This document shows, one piece after another, positions 31,112 to 40,410 of a stretch of 64,000 bases of DNA. How positions within the stretch are numbered: position 1 is the first letter of the stretch; each line of letters begins with the position of its first letter. This stretch comes from an uncultured delta proteobacterium (GTDB lineage Bacteria; Myxococcota_A; Polyangia; Haliangiales; Haliangiaceae), in assembly GCA_963848295.1 (NCBI GenBank), contig CAWKDB010000010.1:4224001-4288000 (forward strand), read 5' to 3'. Position numbers and translations under genes: made by a program. The notes under the pieces were generated by a model. That model ran no database searches. It saw only the letters and a list, made by a program, of their open reading frames with translations, and had not been told where the DNA came from.

Positions 31112-31852
31112 ATGATGGAGCGACTCACGAACCTTCCGGCGGGCATCTCGGGCGTGAAAGCAGACGGCACAGTCTCGAAGGAGGACTACGAACGCAGCGT
31201 CGTGCCACTACTCGACGAGGCACGGCGAGACACTAAGCGGCTTCGCATGCTGTGCGAGCTCGCGCCCGGCTTCGAGGGCCTGACCGCGAGCGCCGCGTGG
31301 GAGGACGTGAAGCTCGGTCTGCAATCGATCCGTCGCTTCGACGGCTGTGCGGTCGTGACCGACATCGCGTGGATTCGCGAAGCGACGCGCCTTGCGAGCT
31401 TCTTCATGCCGTGTCCGATGCACGTGTTCGAGCTCGCCGAACGAGAACGCGCGATAGCATGGCTCGTCTCGCTGCCGGAGACGGCCGCCGTATCGCATCG
31501 TCTCGTGCCAGACACCGGCGTGCTCGTGGTCGAAGTCTCCCAGCCGTTGCGCGCGCAGGACTTCGACGCCGTCGCGGTCACGGCGGACAGCTGGATCGAC
31601 GCGCACGGCCAGCTCTCGGGGCTCGTGATCCACACCCGCGAATTTCCGGGTTGGGAGAATCTGCGCGGACTCATCCGCCAGGTTCAGTTCGTGCGCGACT
31701 ATCATCGGAAGGTGAAGCGGATCGCGCTGGCTGCAGACACCAAGCTCGCCAGCCTCGCGCAGACCCTCGGCGAGCACTTCATCCAGGCGCAGGTCAAGAC
31801 GTTCGGGTACGACGACGTCGCCGGCGCCATCGCGTGGGCAGGATCGCGATGA
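31112..31852 (+). CDS. Tandem SpoIIAA-like (STAS/SEC14) domain protein
   Basis: Two similar halves, each ending in AIAW; AAWEDVKLG..AVVTD and FPGWE..IALAAD. Confidence 0.85.
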   Translation: MMERLTNLPAGISGVKADGTVSKEDYERSVVPLLDEARRDTKRLRMLCELAPGFEGLTASAAWEDVKLGLQSIRRFDGCAVVTDIAWIREATRLASFFMPCPMHVFELAERERAIAWLVSLPETAAVSHRLVPDTGVLVVEVSQPLRAQDFDAVAVTADSWIDAHGQLSGLVIHTREFPGWENLRGLIRQVQFVRDYHRKVKRIALAADTKLASLAQTLGEHFIQAQVKTFGYDDVAGAIAWAGSR

Positions 31853-32313
31853 CCGCACCGCCGCGGCTGCGCGAGATCCGTCGCATCTTGTTGCCGATCG
31901 TCGGCGCTACCAGCGAGCAAGCCGCGATCGACTACGCGGCGACCCTCGCGCTGGCGTTACACGCGTCGATCACGCTGGCGCACGTCGCCGAGATCCCGAA
32001 TGCGATGGTCGGCATCGTGCCGGGAGCGAGTATCGCGGGCGACCTCGACGCCGACCGGATCGCTTCGACGGTGCGGCTCGACAACATCGCGCAGGCGCTT
32101 GCTGCGCGCGGCGTCACCGATACCAGGACCATCCAGCTGGTCGCGCCCGGGTCCGCGGCGGCCTTGATCGAGTTGGTCGAGCGGGAGCGGTTCGATCTCG
32201 TCGTGATGGCGACCCACGCGCGCACGGGCATCGCGCGCGCACTCCTCGGGAGCGTGACGGAGCATCTCGTTCGCCACGCGCCGTGTCCCGTCATGACAGT
32301 CCACTCGTCATGA
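31849..32313 (+). CDS. Universal stress protein
   Basis: DLVVMATHARTGIARALLGSVTEHLVRHAPCPVMTV. Confidence 0.92.
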   Translation: MTAPPRLREIRRILLPIVGATSEQAAIDYAATLALALHASITLAHVAEIPNAMVGIVPGASIAGDLDADRIASTVRLDNIAQALAARGVTDTRTIQLVAPGSAAALIELVERERFDLVVMATHARTGIARALLGSVTEHLVRHAPCPVMTVHSS

Positions 32314-32469
32314 CCAGAACTGTAGAGCTCGCATCTGGTAGCAGGCCTGCCATGACCGGCCGCGCGTAGCGCGTCAGAGTTACGCGAGGCCGCCGTCGAC
32401 TCGGTCGGCCGACTCCAGCGTTTATCGGAGAGCCATGGCTAACATGGTCTATCGATCCCGCGATCCTGC

Positions 32470-33479
32470 TCAATATTGCGCGCGCGCCTCGTCAAGCTCG
32501 CGCTCGACCGAATGAACGAGGGCTTCCGGCGTGATCGCGCGTGCGTGCGGACCCCATTCCAGAACCCAGGAGACGACGGGCAAGAGGTTCGTGCACGTGA
32601 AGCGGAGTCGGACGCGGCCGTCCGCGAGTGATTCGATGCTCTGCGACTCGTGCCAGATCCGCGACGTCACGTAGGTCGCGCGCGCCTTGCTGAACTCGAC
32701 TACCACGTCGTGTTGCTCGGTCCCGACGTGCACGCCGAACGCGCCCTGAAGGTATTTTGCGAGGCGGAAGCTCGGAGGCGGCGCGAAGGACGTCCGGCGC
32801 ACGTGCTCCGCTTCGGAGAAGCGCTCGGCGGCAAACTGATCCACAGGCAAGTCGGCGAGAGCTCCGACGTCCGTGGGCTCCTTGAGCGTCGCACCGATGA
32901 CGTAGAGGCCGTGCTTGTGCACGACCATCGCGTACGGAGCGAGGTAGCCGCGCTTGGAGCGTCCCTGTGCGCCGCGGTACGCGAACTTGACGAGGTTACG
33001 TAGCAGCACGCCGGTCAGTAGCGCGTCGAGACGTCCTCCTTGCCGTCGTAGCCTTGGTCCCACCATCGGGGACGTAGGCGAACGATCGCCGAACGTTGCG
33101 TGCTCGGTGCGCTCCTGTTCCGTCATGCGTTGTTCGAGCTTGCGCAGCACGGACGTGATGTCTTCGGCGAGCGGTGTTCCGCGCAAGAACATCGAAGATG
33201 CCGCGCACAGCGAGCATCGTGTAGCGCTCGCGCCGCGTGATCGCGACCAAGCTGTAGCTCGCCTCGACCAAACAGGCGGCGGCACGGCCATCGACACGCG
33301 TCAGCTCGATATCGAGTCCCGGCATCGTTCAGATCGACGAGGTCTCGACGCACCGTGCGCTCGCTGACGCCGACAGTCACGGCGAGATCGGCGAGCGATC
33401 GACCTTGCTTGAAGCCGCGCAATGCGTTCAAGACGCGGAACGCGCGAGCTACCGCCCCGATTTCACCGCGTCGATACAC
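32470..33479 (-). CDS. HTH-WYL-WCX transcriptional regulator (frameshifted)
   Basis: LADLAVTVGVSERTVRRDL; PYAMVVHKHGLYVIG..FAAERF; WHESQ..VSWVLEWGPHARAITPEAL. Confidence 0.88.
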
Positions 33480-33510
33480 GGTAACTCTCGATTCCGCGGG
33501 CGTTCGCCGT

Positions 33511-33745
33511 GCGTGAAAGGCTTTGGCGAAGCCTTTCACGCGATCTTTGCGCGCAGGCTTTTCGAATCGACGGAAGCCGCAACTCCGCGTAGGTCCACTC
33601 GGTTGCCGGTCGGGCGGACAGGCTTTCAAAAGGTCCGACGCGTCGGACCAAAGTGGAGACCAAAGCTTCTGGCTGGGAGCCGGGATCGGATCACGATATC
33701 AGCTGATATCGTCCGGTTGCGCGTTCGCGACAAGGGTTGTCGCGA
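33511..33745. promoter_or_regulatory. Divergent control region with four perfect inverted repeats
   Basis: 33511-33541, 33632-33649, 33693-33712, 33725-33745 (see findings). Confidence 0.8.
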
Positions 33746-33765
33746 CGGTTCGTTAGCTTGAGGTC

Positions 33766-34905
33766 ATGCGAAACACTGCCGACCCCGTCGCTACTACTCC
33801 AACCTATCCCACTTCGCCGCTCGCCAACGACGAAGATGGCAAGTCGCTCCGCTTGCCCGAGGACGCCGCCGCGTGGCGCGTGCGACGGAAGACCCGTGGA
33901 CGGCCCAGGCATCAGCTCGACGGCAACAAGCAGCCGATGCGCTTTCCCTTGAGCTACACGATGAACGACATCGAGGACATCTTGCCGTCCGGTGGGTATC
34001 GCCTCGACCTCGTCGATGCGAAGCGACAAGTCCTCGACCTCACGATGTCGATCGAGGTTGGCGAGCTTCGCAACGCCGATGGCGTCGACGAGGTCGAGCG
34101 GGAGGACGTCGATGCCGAGCCCGTTTCGCTTCTTCTCTCTGCGACTGCCAGCGACATGAGGCTCGTGCTCGAGGCGAACGTGCGCTCGATGCAGGCAGCG
34201 TTTCTGCACAACGAGCGCACGCTCGCCGCGAGTCTGCGGATGGCCGAGACGCTGCGGGAGGGCGTTCACGTCCTCGCCGATGCCCAGGCGGACATCCTGA
34301 AGTCGGTGGCGTCGTCGCGCGGGTTCCTGCGGAACGCGCAGCCGGCAGGCGTTCGTGTTGCCGCCGCCGAAGCCTGCGGAGTCTGACGACGATGATGATG
34401 ACGAGGACGAGACGAGGAGGACGAGGGCGCCCCCGGCGACAAGAACGAGAAGCCTGATGGCGTTCGGCATGGTAGCGATGACGCTCCTCAATAACGTCAT
34501 GGAGACGTTTCGCGGCGGCAAGGCCGCGGCGACGGCGGGCCAGCCCACGGCGACCGCGAAGTCTTCGGCGTTCGATTTCGCGTCGCATCTTCGACTGGCG
34601 TCGCGCGGTGCCGCAGGCCTGCGCCGGCTTCGAGCCGATCGCGGTCGAGCCTGACCGAGCCGATTCCGATGAGCGGCGGCGGACATGCTCCGGTTCATGA
34701 ACGACGCTGGCGCCCGAGGTGCGCAGAAGCTGATGACGGTGCGGTCGCAGCTCACGCCCGACGAGCAGCGCGCGACTGTTTCCGCTCATGATGGCGCTCC
34801 GGCGCGAGGACCTGCCCGTCGATCATCGCCGAGCTCGCCGCAAAGCCGGTCGACGAGCTGGTCGCGTTCTTCCGTGCGAAGCTCGCGCCGCGGGCGGCGG
34901 CGTAG
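33766..34905 (+). CDS. Uncharacterised element protein (frameshifted, ~380 aa)
   Basis: GAGG RBS; N-domain AAWRVRR..GRP..YRLDLVD, coiled segment, acidic linker, helical tail ending FFRAKLAPRAAA; stop 2 bp before xis. Confidence 0.7.
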
Positions 34906-34907
34906 CC

Positions 34908-35301
34908 ATGGTGGCCACGAAGAAGCCCACGGTTGCGATCGAGCGTGCGGATCCGCACGTGATCGTCATGGATGGCCGCATGAACCGGCAGCTGTTCGCG
35001 CAGATCGCGGTCGGCGCTGTCCGCGCAGGCGTCGCGTTCCTGCAAGCGCAGCTCACCAACGACGCGGCCGCGGCGGCGCCACTGCCGTTCCAAGTCCCCG
35101 CGGCGGAATCGAACCGCGACGTGATGACCGCCGACGAGGTCGCGGCGTTTCTCGGCGTCGATCGCAACACCGTCTACGACTACGCCGGCCGCGGCGTGAT
35201 CCCTCATCAACGCTTAGGGAAACGCGATCTTGTTCCGTCGCGGGGCGCTCGTGTCATGGTTGGACACGTCATGCAAGGCCACGTCGACTCGGAAAGGCTG
35301 A
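34908..35301 (+). CDS. xis: Excisionase-like HTH (HTH_17) protein
   Basis: VMTADEVAAFLGVDRNTVYDYAGRGVIPHQRLGKR/ILFRRGALVSWL (one indel). Confidence 0.85.
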
Positions 35302-35303
35302 CG

Positions 35304-36532
35304 ATGCCGATTCGACGTAGGGAGTGACGGGCGCTGGCGCTATCGCGAGTTGGTTCAGAAGCCGGACGGAACGCGCGAGCGAATCAGCGGCTCGCGCGCC
35401 GAAGCACATCAACACGAAGGCGGCAGCGCAACAGGCGATGCTCGATCACATCGAGCGGCGTCCTGCATCCCGAGCGCGTACCGACGACGAAGAAGGAGGT
35501 GCCGACGTTCAAGGAGTGGTTCAACGGGCAGGTTCTGGCGCGAGTGGGTCGTCGGACGCCGCAACAAGCCGACCGAGGTCACGAGCAAGGAGATCATCTA
35601 TCGACTGCCATCTCGAAGCCGGCGTTCGGTCGATCTGCGGCTCGACGAGATCGGTCACGGCGAAGTCGCGGCGTTTCGCGCGACGCTCGTCGAGAAGAAG
35701 CTCAGCGAGAAGCGCATCAACAACATCCTCGCGGTGCTGTCGAAGCCGATGAAGTACGCGGTCGACTGCGAGCTGATCGCGAAGTCGCCGAAGATCGGGC
35801 TGTACAAGGTCGAGCGTCCGGAGATCGAGCCGTGGGACTTCGAGCAGTACGCTCGTCTCCTCGCGGCGGCGAAGCTCGAAGGCGCCGAGTGGTACGCGGC
35901 GGCGTGTCTCGCGGGTGAGGCCGGGCTTGCGCATCGGCGAGGTCAAGGCGCTGCGCTGGCGCGAGGACGTCGACCTGATCGCGAAGACGATCACGGTGAA
36001 CCAGCAGACCTGCTACGGCGAGACCACGACACCGAAGGGCCGCACGCGGCGCGACGATCCCGATGACCGCGACGCTCGAACAAGGCGCTGCAGGGCTCTG
36101 GAGGTCGTGCGCGAGGGCTTCGTCGTGCGGAACCTCGACGGCAGCGCGAAGACCGACGGCCAGGCGAACTGCGTGATCCTCCGGATCTGCCGCCGGGCCG
36201 GGCTGCCGGACGAAGCGCTGGCACACGCTGCGGCACACCTTCGGAACCCACGCCGCGCTGTTCGGCGTGAACCCGTGGCGGCTGCAGTCGTGGATGGGGC
36301 ACAAGCGGATCGACGAGACGATGATCTACGTCCACGTGGCGGAGAACCATCGGCGCGAGATTCCGGAGGCGGTCGTGGAGGCGGGCGCGGCGAGCGCGAC
36401 CCGGATCGCCGCATCCTCAAGATGCTCGGCGCGCGTGGCAGCAAACGTGGCAGCAAACCCGAGGCGTCGGAACGAAAAAGGCTGCCTAGGCAGCCGGTTA
36501 GGTGGTGGAGATTAGGGGGATCGAACCCCTGA
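35304..36532 (+). CDS. int: Tyrosine recombinase/integrase (frameshifted)
   Basis: AGLRIGEVKALRW, TPKG, H-x-LRHTF region, MGHKRIDETMIY; adjacent to tRNA; 3' frame uncertain. Confidence 0.92.
36434..36457 (+). repeat. Tandem 12-bp direct repeat (putative arm-type site)
   Basis: CGTGGCAGCAAA x2, ~45 bp from the att core. Confidence 0.7.
36475..36495 (-). terminator. Intrinsic terminator downstream of tRNA-Ala
   Basis: GGCTGC-CTAG-GCAGCC-TTTTT; second copy at 9861-9881. Confidence 0.75.
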
Positions 36533-36578
36533 CCTCGTGAATGCCATTCACGCGCTCTCCCAGCTGAGCTAAATCCCC
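36503..36578 (-). tRNA. tRNA-Ala(GGC)
   Basis: GGGGATTTAGCTCAGCTGGGAGAGCGCGTGAATGGCATTCACGAGGTCAGGGGTTCGATCCCCCTAATCTCCACCA; 76 nt; G3:U70; CCA encoded. Confidence 0.97.
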
Positions 36579-36615
36579 AGGGCGCGCCGGTTCTAACGGG
36601 CGCGGGCGGTCGCTG

Positions 36616-37245
36616 TCAAGACTCGTCGTCGGACCGTGGCTTCACATCGTCGGGATGCATGTAGCTGGCGAGGTCATCGTCCTCGAAGCTGATGCCGCCG
36701 CGCCGGGCGCGCGCTCGCTCCGGAAGATCGGGGATGGTCGGCTTCGCCGCTCGCTCACCGCGCACGCGCGGCGCCGCCGGCTCGGTGGGTGGATCGACCT
36801 GCGGACGCCAGACTCGAGCGGGTTCGCGCTTCGCGGCCGGCGGGGTCCAGCGCGACGAAGCGACGGTGCCGTCGCCGCGATCGGCTCGCCCGTCGAAACG
36901 CTTGCGAGAGCGCTCCGGCGGTGCGACTTCGTGCGACTCGGGCTCGCGCTCGGAGCCGTCGAGCTCGTCGAGGTGCGCGACGACGTCGGCGACCTCGGGC
37001 AGCTCGGCCAGATCGATCTCGCCTCGGCGAATGAGATCGAGCACGAGATCGCCGAGCTCGGCGAGCGCGTCTTGACGCCGGCGGTTCGAGCGCAGGTCGT
37101 CGAGCCGTGACCTCCCTTCGCGCGCGCCTCGCTCGATCGCATCGCGGACGACGCCGGCTTGCGCGAGCGTCGAGCGAAGCAGCGTCCCGAGCGTGCCGCG
37201 AAGCTCGGGAGGGCGAAGTCCACCACCACGTCGTTGCCGTGCCAT
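36616..37245 (-). CDS. Hypothetical protein
   Basis: Helical N-terminus, low-complexity linker, C-terminal DDLASYMHPDDV. Confidence 0.65.
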   Translation of the reverse strand: MARQRRGGGLRPPELRGTLGTLLRSTLAQAGVVRDAIERGAREGRSRLDDLRSNRRRQDALAELGDLVLDLIRRGEIDLAELPEVADVVAHLDELDGSEREPESHEVAPPERSRKRFDGRADRGDGTVASSRWTPPAAKREPARVWRPQVDPPTEPAAPRVRGERAAKPTIPDLPERARARRGGISFEDDDLASYMHPDDVKPRSDDES

Positions 37246-37284
37246 GTGGTGAGCCTAGCGCATTTGGTTTACCGTCGACGAGTC

Positions 37285-39264
37285 GTGCGACGCAGCCTCG
37301 GTATCGGTCTGCTCGCGGTGTTCGCGGGCTGCCCGTCGCCGGATGTGCCGATCGCGCCGCTGCCGCCGGTCTCCGCGGGGAAGGTCCGGATCCGCGTGTT
37401 CACCGAGCCGTCGGCGGTGCGAGCGATCACCGCGGTCGGCAAGTACGTGTTCGTCGCGACCGATGAGGACTTGCAGCGCTGGGATGGCACGAACGTCCTC
37501 GCGCTGTCGGCTGACCACGGCTTGCCGGGGAGTCACGTCGCGGCGTTCGCGGCCGATCCAGAGCGCAAGCGCCTGTGGTTGCTGACCGAGGGCGGGCTCG
37601 GCAACTACTCGGTCACGAGCGAGGTCTACACGGAAGCTGCGGCGCCGCCGGCGTCGCTCGCGATCGATTACGCCGTGATCGCGAAGGAGGGTGCGAGCCT
37701 CGCGCCCGCGGCCGTGGGCGGGGTGTGGATCGGCACGCAACACGGTCTGTTCTTCGCGAGCGAGAAAGGCGGCTGGGTCGCCGCGCCGTTCAAGGAGCCG
37801 ATCCGTGCGTTGGCGCGCGATCGCGCTGGTTGGCTGTGGATCGCGGCGAAGACCGGGCTGGTCGCACGCAAGCCGAACGGCGACTTGATCAAGATCGGTG
37901 CCGCACAAGGCTGCGTCGTGGTCGCTCCGCGGATCGTGCTCGCGCTCGGCGGCGATCGGGTCGCCGTGATCGGCGGCGATGACGACGGCCACGAGCGGAT
38001 CGCGATCGGCCAGCAAGCGACGTGGACGTCGTATCGCGCGCTGCCAGACGTGGCCTGGGATGCTGCGACCGCGCACGGCGATGGCATCGTGCTGATCGGC
38101 GGCGACCGTTCGTATCGCATCGGCCCGGCGACCGCGGCGGTGAGGCCGCTCGAGCGTGATGGCGTTCGGCTCGTGGCGATCGCGAACAGTACGCCGGAGG
38201 ATTGGGTGATCGATCCGCTCGACCTCGCGCCGCCGGTGGGTGCGACCGCGCTCGCGTCGGTCGGCGACCAGTTACTGATCGGCACGCGCGACGTCGGCAC
38301 GGCGCGCTACCTCGACGGCGAGTCGCATCCGCACGACTGGCTGCGCCGCCTGCAGCTGTTCCAAGACGCGACGACGCTGACCGTCGCGTGCGCGCGCCGG
38401 CAAGACTGCTGGGTCGCGACGGGTGCGCGCCAGGCATGGCATTGGATCGGCGATCACTTCGTCGCCGGTGGCCCCGATCAAGTCGTGCTCGCGGTCGTGC
38501 GCGATCCGACCGGACCGATCTACGCGCTGCATCGCGGCGCCGAGGACAAGGAGATTCGCCTGTCGCGGATCGGCGGCTGGACGTGGACCGCAGTGCCGAA
38601 GATCGCGCTGACCACGCCGGGCGATGCGCCCGAGGTCAGCTTCGCCCGATTCGCCGGGCCCGATCAGCTGTGGGTCGGTCTGCGCTATCGCGATGGCCAA
38701 GAGAAGCGCGCGTATGGCATCGCGATCGTCGAGCCGTCGACCGGCAAGGTCACGTACCACCACACCGAAGCGATCACGGCCAGAGACGATCCGGCGAACA
38801 AGCCGGCGAAGATGCTGCCGATCCCAGTCGGCGTCGTCGATGCCGATGTGCGCGGCGACATCGCGTGGTTCGCGACGAACGAAGGCATCGCGCGCCTCGC
38901 AAACGGACAGGTCAAGCTGTGGAGCGAAGCGAACGGGTTGCGCAGCGAGCTCGCGCGGGCGGTCACGATCGCGCCGGATGGCACCGTGTATGTCGCGACG
39001 GGCGCCGGCGCCGAGAAGTGGGACGGCAAGCAGTGGGACGCGCCCGCCGCGTTGCGCTTCGAGATCAACGACGTCACCGCGACGCGCAACGGCCAGGTGT
39101 GGATGGCGACCGAGCGCGGGATCGCGGCGTGGGACGGCAAGAAGGTGCGACGCGTCGATACGCGGCGCGGGCTCGTCGAGAACGAGGAGCTCGATGTCGT
39201 CAGCGATCAGTACGATCGCGTGTGGGCACGCGGACCGGGCAGCCTCACCGTGATCTCGCAGTAA
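37285..39264 (+). CDS. Beta-propeller lipoprotein
   Basis: Lipobox FAGC; repeated [VL]W-x-AT-x-x-G blades. Confidence 0.8.
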   Translation: MRRSLGIGLLAVFAGCPSPDVPIAPLPPVSAGKVRIRVFTEPSAVRAITAVGKYVFVATDEDLQRWDGTNVLALSADHGLPGSHVAAFAADPERKRLWLLTEGGLGNYSVTSEVYTEAAAPPASLAIDYAVIAKEGASLAPAAVGGVWIGTQHGLFFASEKGGWVAAPFKEPIRALARDRAGWLWIAAKTGLVARKPNGDLIKIGAAQGCVVVAPRIVLALGGDRVAVIGGDDDGHERIAIGQQATWTSYRALPDVAWDAATAHGDGIVLIGGDRSYRIGPATAAVRPLERDGVRLVAIANSTPEDWVIDPLDLAPPVGATALASVGDQLLIGTRDVGTARYLDGESHPHDWLRRLQLFQDATTLTVACARRQDCWVATGARQAWHWIGDHFVAGGPDQVVLAVVRDPTGPIYALHRGAEDKEIRLSRIGGWTWTAVPKIALTTPGDAPEVSFARFAGPDQLWVGLRYRDGQEKRAYGIAIVEPSTGKVTYHHTEAITARDDPANKPAKMLPIPVGVVDADVRGDIAWFATNEGIARLANGQVKLWSEANGLRSELARAVTIAPDGTVYVATGAGAEKWDGKQWDAPAALRFEINDVTATRNGQVWMATERGIAAWDGKKVRRVDTRRGLVENEELDVVSDQYDRVWARGPGSLTVISQ

Positions 39265-39273
39265 GCGCTTCGA

Positions 39274-40410
39274 TCAGGGCAGGCCGACAACGCGGGTTGG
39301 TGCGACGACGACGCCGCCGATCGCGCCGTCACCGATCTCACCGGCCTCGTCGTCTCCCCAGCACCACACGCCACCGCTGGACGTGCGCGCGCAGATGCTG
39401 AGGTCGGTCCGAGACGAGATCTCGACGACATCCGCAAGCGCGACCGGAACTGGCGTCGCCTCCATCGCACCTGGATCGCCGGCGAGCTCGCCGGACGCGT
39501 TGTCGCCCCAGCACACGATGGTGTGGTCCGAGCGCAGCGCACAGGCGCCTGCGGCGAGCGCGGCGATCGCGATCGCATCGTCGAGATCTTGCACCGGCGC
39601 CGCGGTTGGCCGCGACACGAAACTGCCGTCGGCGAGGTCGCCCGAGACGTTCTTGCCCCAGCAGTCGACCGCACCGCTCGCACGACGCCCACAGGTGAAC
39701 GCGTCTCCCGCCGCGAGCTCCACGTACGGGCCGACCGGTCCGGGTCGCGGAGTCGGTCCCAGCAGTTGGTCGCCCGTGCCGAGCTCCCCGGCCTCGTTTT
39801 CGCCCCAGCACGTCACGCTGCCGTCGCCGAGCAACGCACAGGTGTGGACGTCACCGGCGACGAGCGCGGTCACGCCGGTGAGACCGGGAACGTCGCCGAG
39901 CGCCGAGCGATCGGTCGCGCTGCCATCGCCGAGATGTGCCGCGGCTCCCGCGCACGCGACCGTGCCGGCGCTGCGCCGCACGCACAGGAAGTCATCGCCC
40001 ATCGTGATGCTCGCGATGTCCGCGGTATCGGGAATCGCGACCGGCGTCCGCACGACCGTACCCGTGCCGAGTTGGCTCGACGCATTCGGGCCCCAACCAA
40101 TCGCTCCGCCCGCGGCGAGCCGCCCGCATTCGCCGCCGTCGTTGACATCGAGGTCCGCGACCGGCCCTGGGGTGTTCGCGCGTTCGGGCGTCGGCGAGTT
40201 GGTCGACCCGCCATCGCCGAGCTGGCCGTCGAGCCCGTTGCCCCAGCACCACACGTCACCATTGGCGAGCCTGGCGCAGCTCGTGCGGCCGCCGACCGCG
40301 AGTTGCACGACCGCGTCAGGCGCGAGCGCGGCATCGGTGATCGGATCGAAGTCGACGCGCCCGCACGCGGCGAGCGCGACGATCGACCAGGCGGCACTAC
40401 TGGACGACAT
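39274..40410 (-). CDS. RCC1-repeat lipoprotein
   Basis: LAAC lipobox; repeated CWG-x-N-x-x-G[QE]LG. Confidence 0.9.
   Translation of the reverse strand: MSSSSAAWSIVALAACGRVDFDPITDAALAPDAVVQLAVGGRTSCARLANGDVWCWGNGLDGQLGDGGSTNSPTPERANTPGPVADLDVNDGGECGRLAAGGAIGWGPNASSQLGTGTVVRTPVAIPDTADIASITMGDDFLCVRRSAGTVACAGAAAHLGDGSATDRSALGDVPGLTGVTALVAGDVHTCALLGDGSVTCWGENEAGELGTGDQLLGPTPRPGPVGPYVELAAGDAFTCGRRASGAVDCWGKNVSGDLADGSFVSRPTAAPVQDLDDAIAIAALAAGACALRSDHTIVCWGDNASGELAGDPGAMEATPVPVALADVVEISSRTDLSICARTSSGGVWCWGDDEAGEIGDGAIGGVVVAPTRVVGLP

Larger units (their letters stand above)
9915..36528. mobile_element. 26.6-kb tyrosine-integrase element integrated at tRNA-Ala(GGC)
   Basis: Direct repeats 26,614 bp apart; int and xis next to the tRNA; accessory cargo. 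Confidence 0.9.

Noticed and set aside
14027..32443. 10-bp inverted match GTTAGCCATG (14027) / CATGGCTAAC (32434) bracketing the metabolic cargo as transposon ends
   Set aside because: Short, with no transposase or target duplication; the left copy lies within the ECF-derived codons; may be chance
35200..36400. Programmed frameshifting in xis/int
   Set aside because: Many indels without slippery-site pattern, same as in housekeeping genes; error is more parsimonious
9915..36528. Prophage or conjugative ICE
   Set aside because: No recognisable structural, terminase, relaxase or T4SS genes
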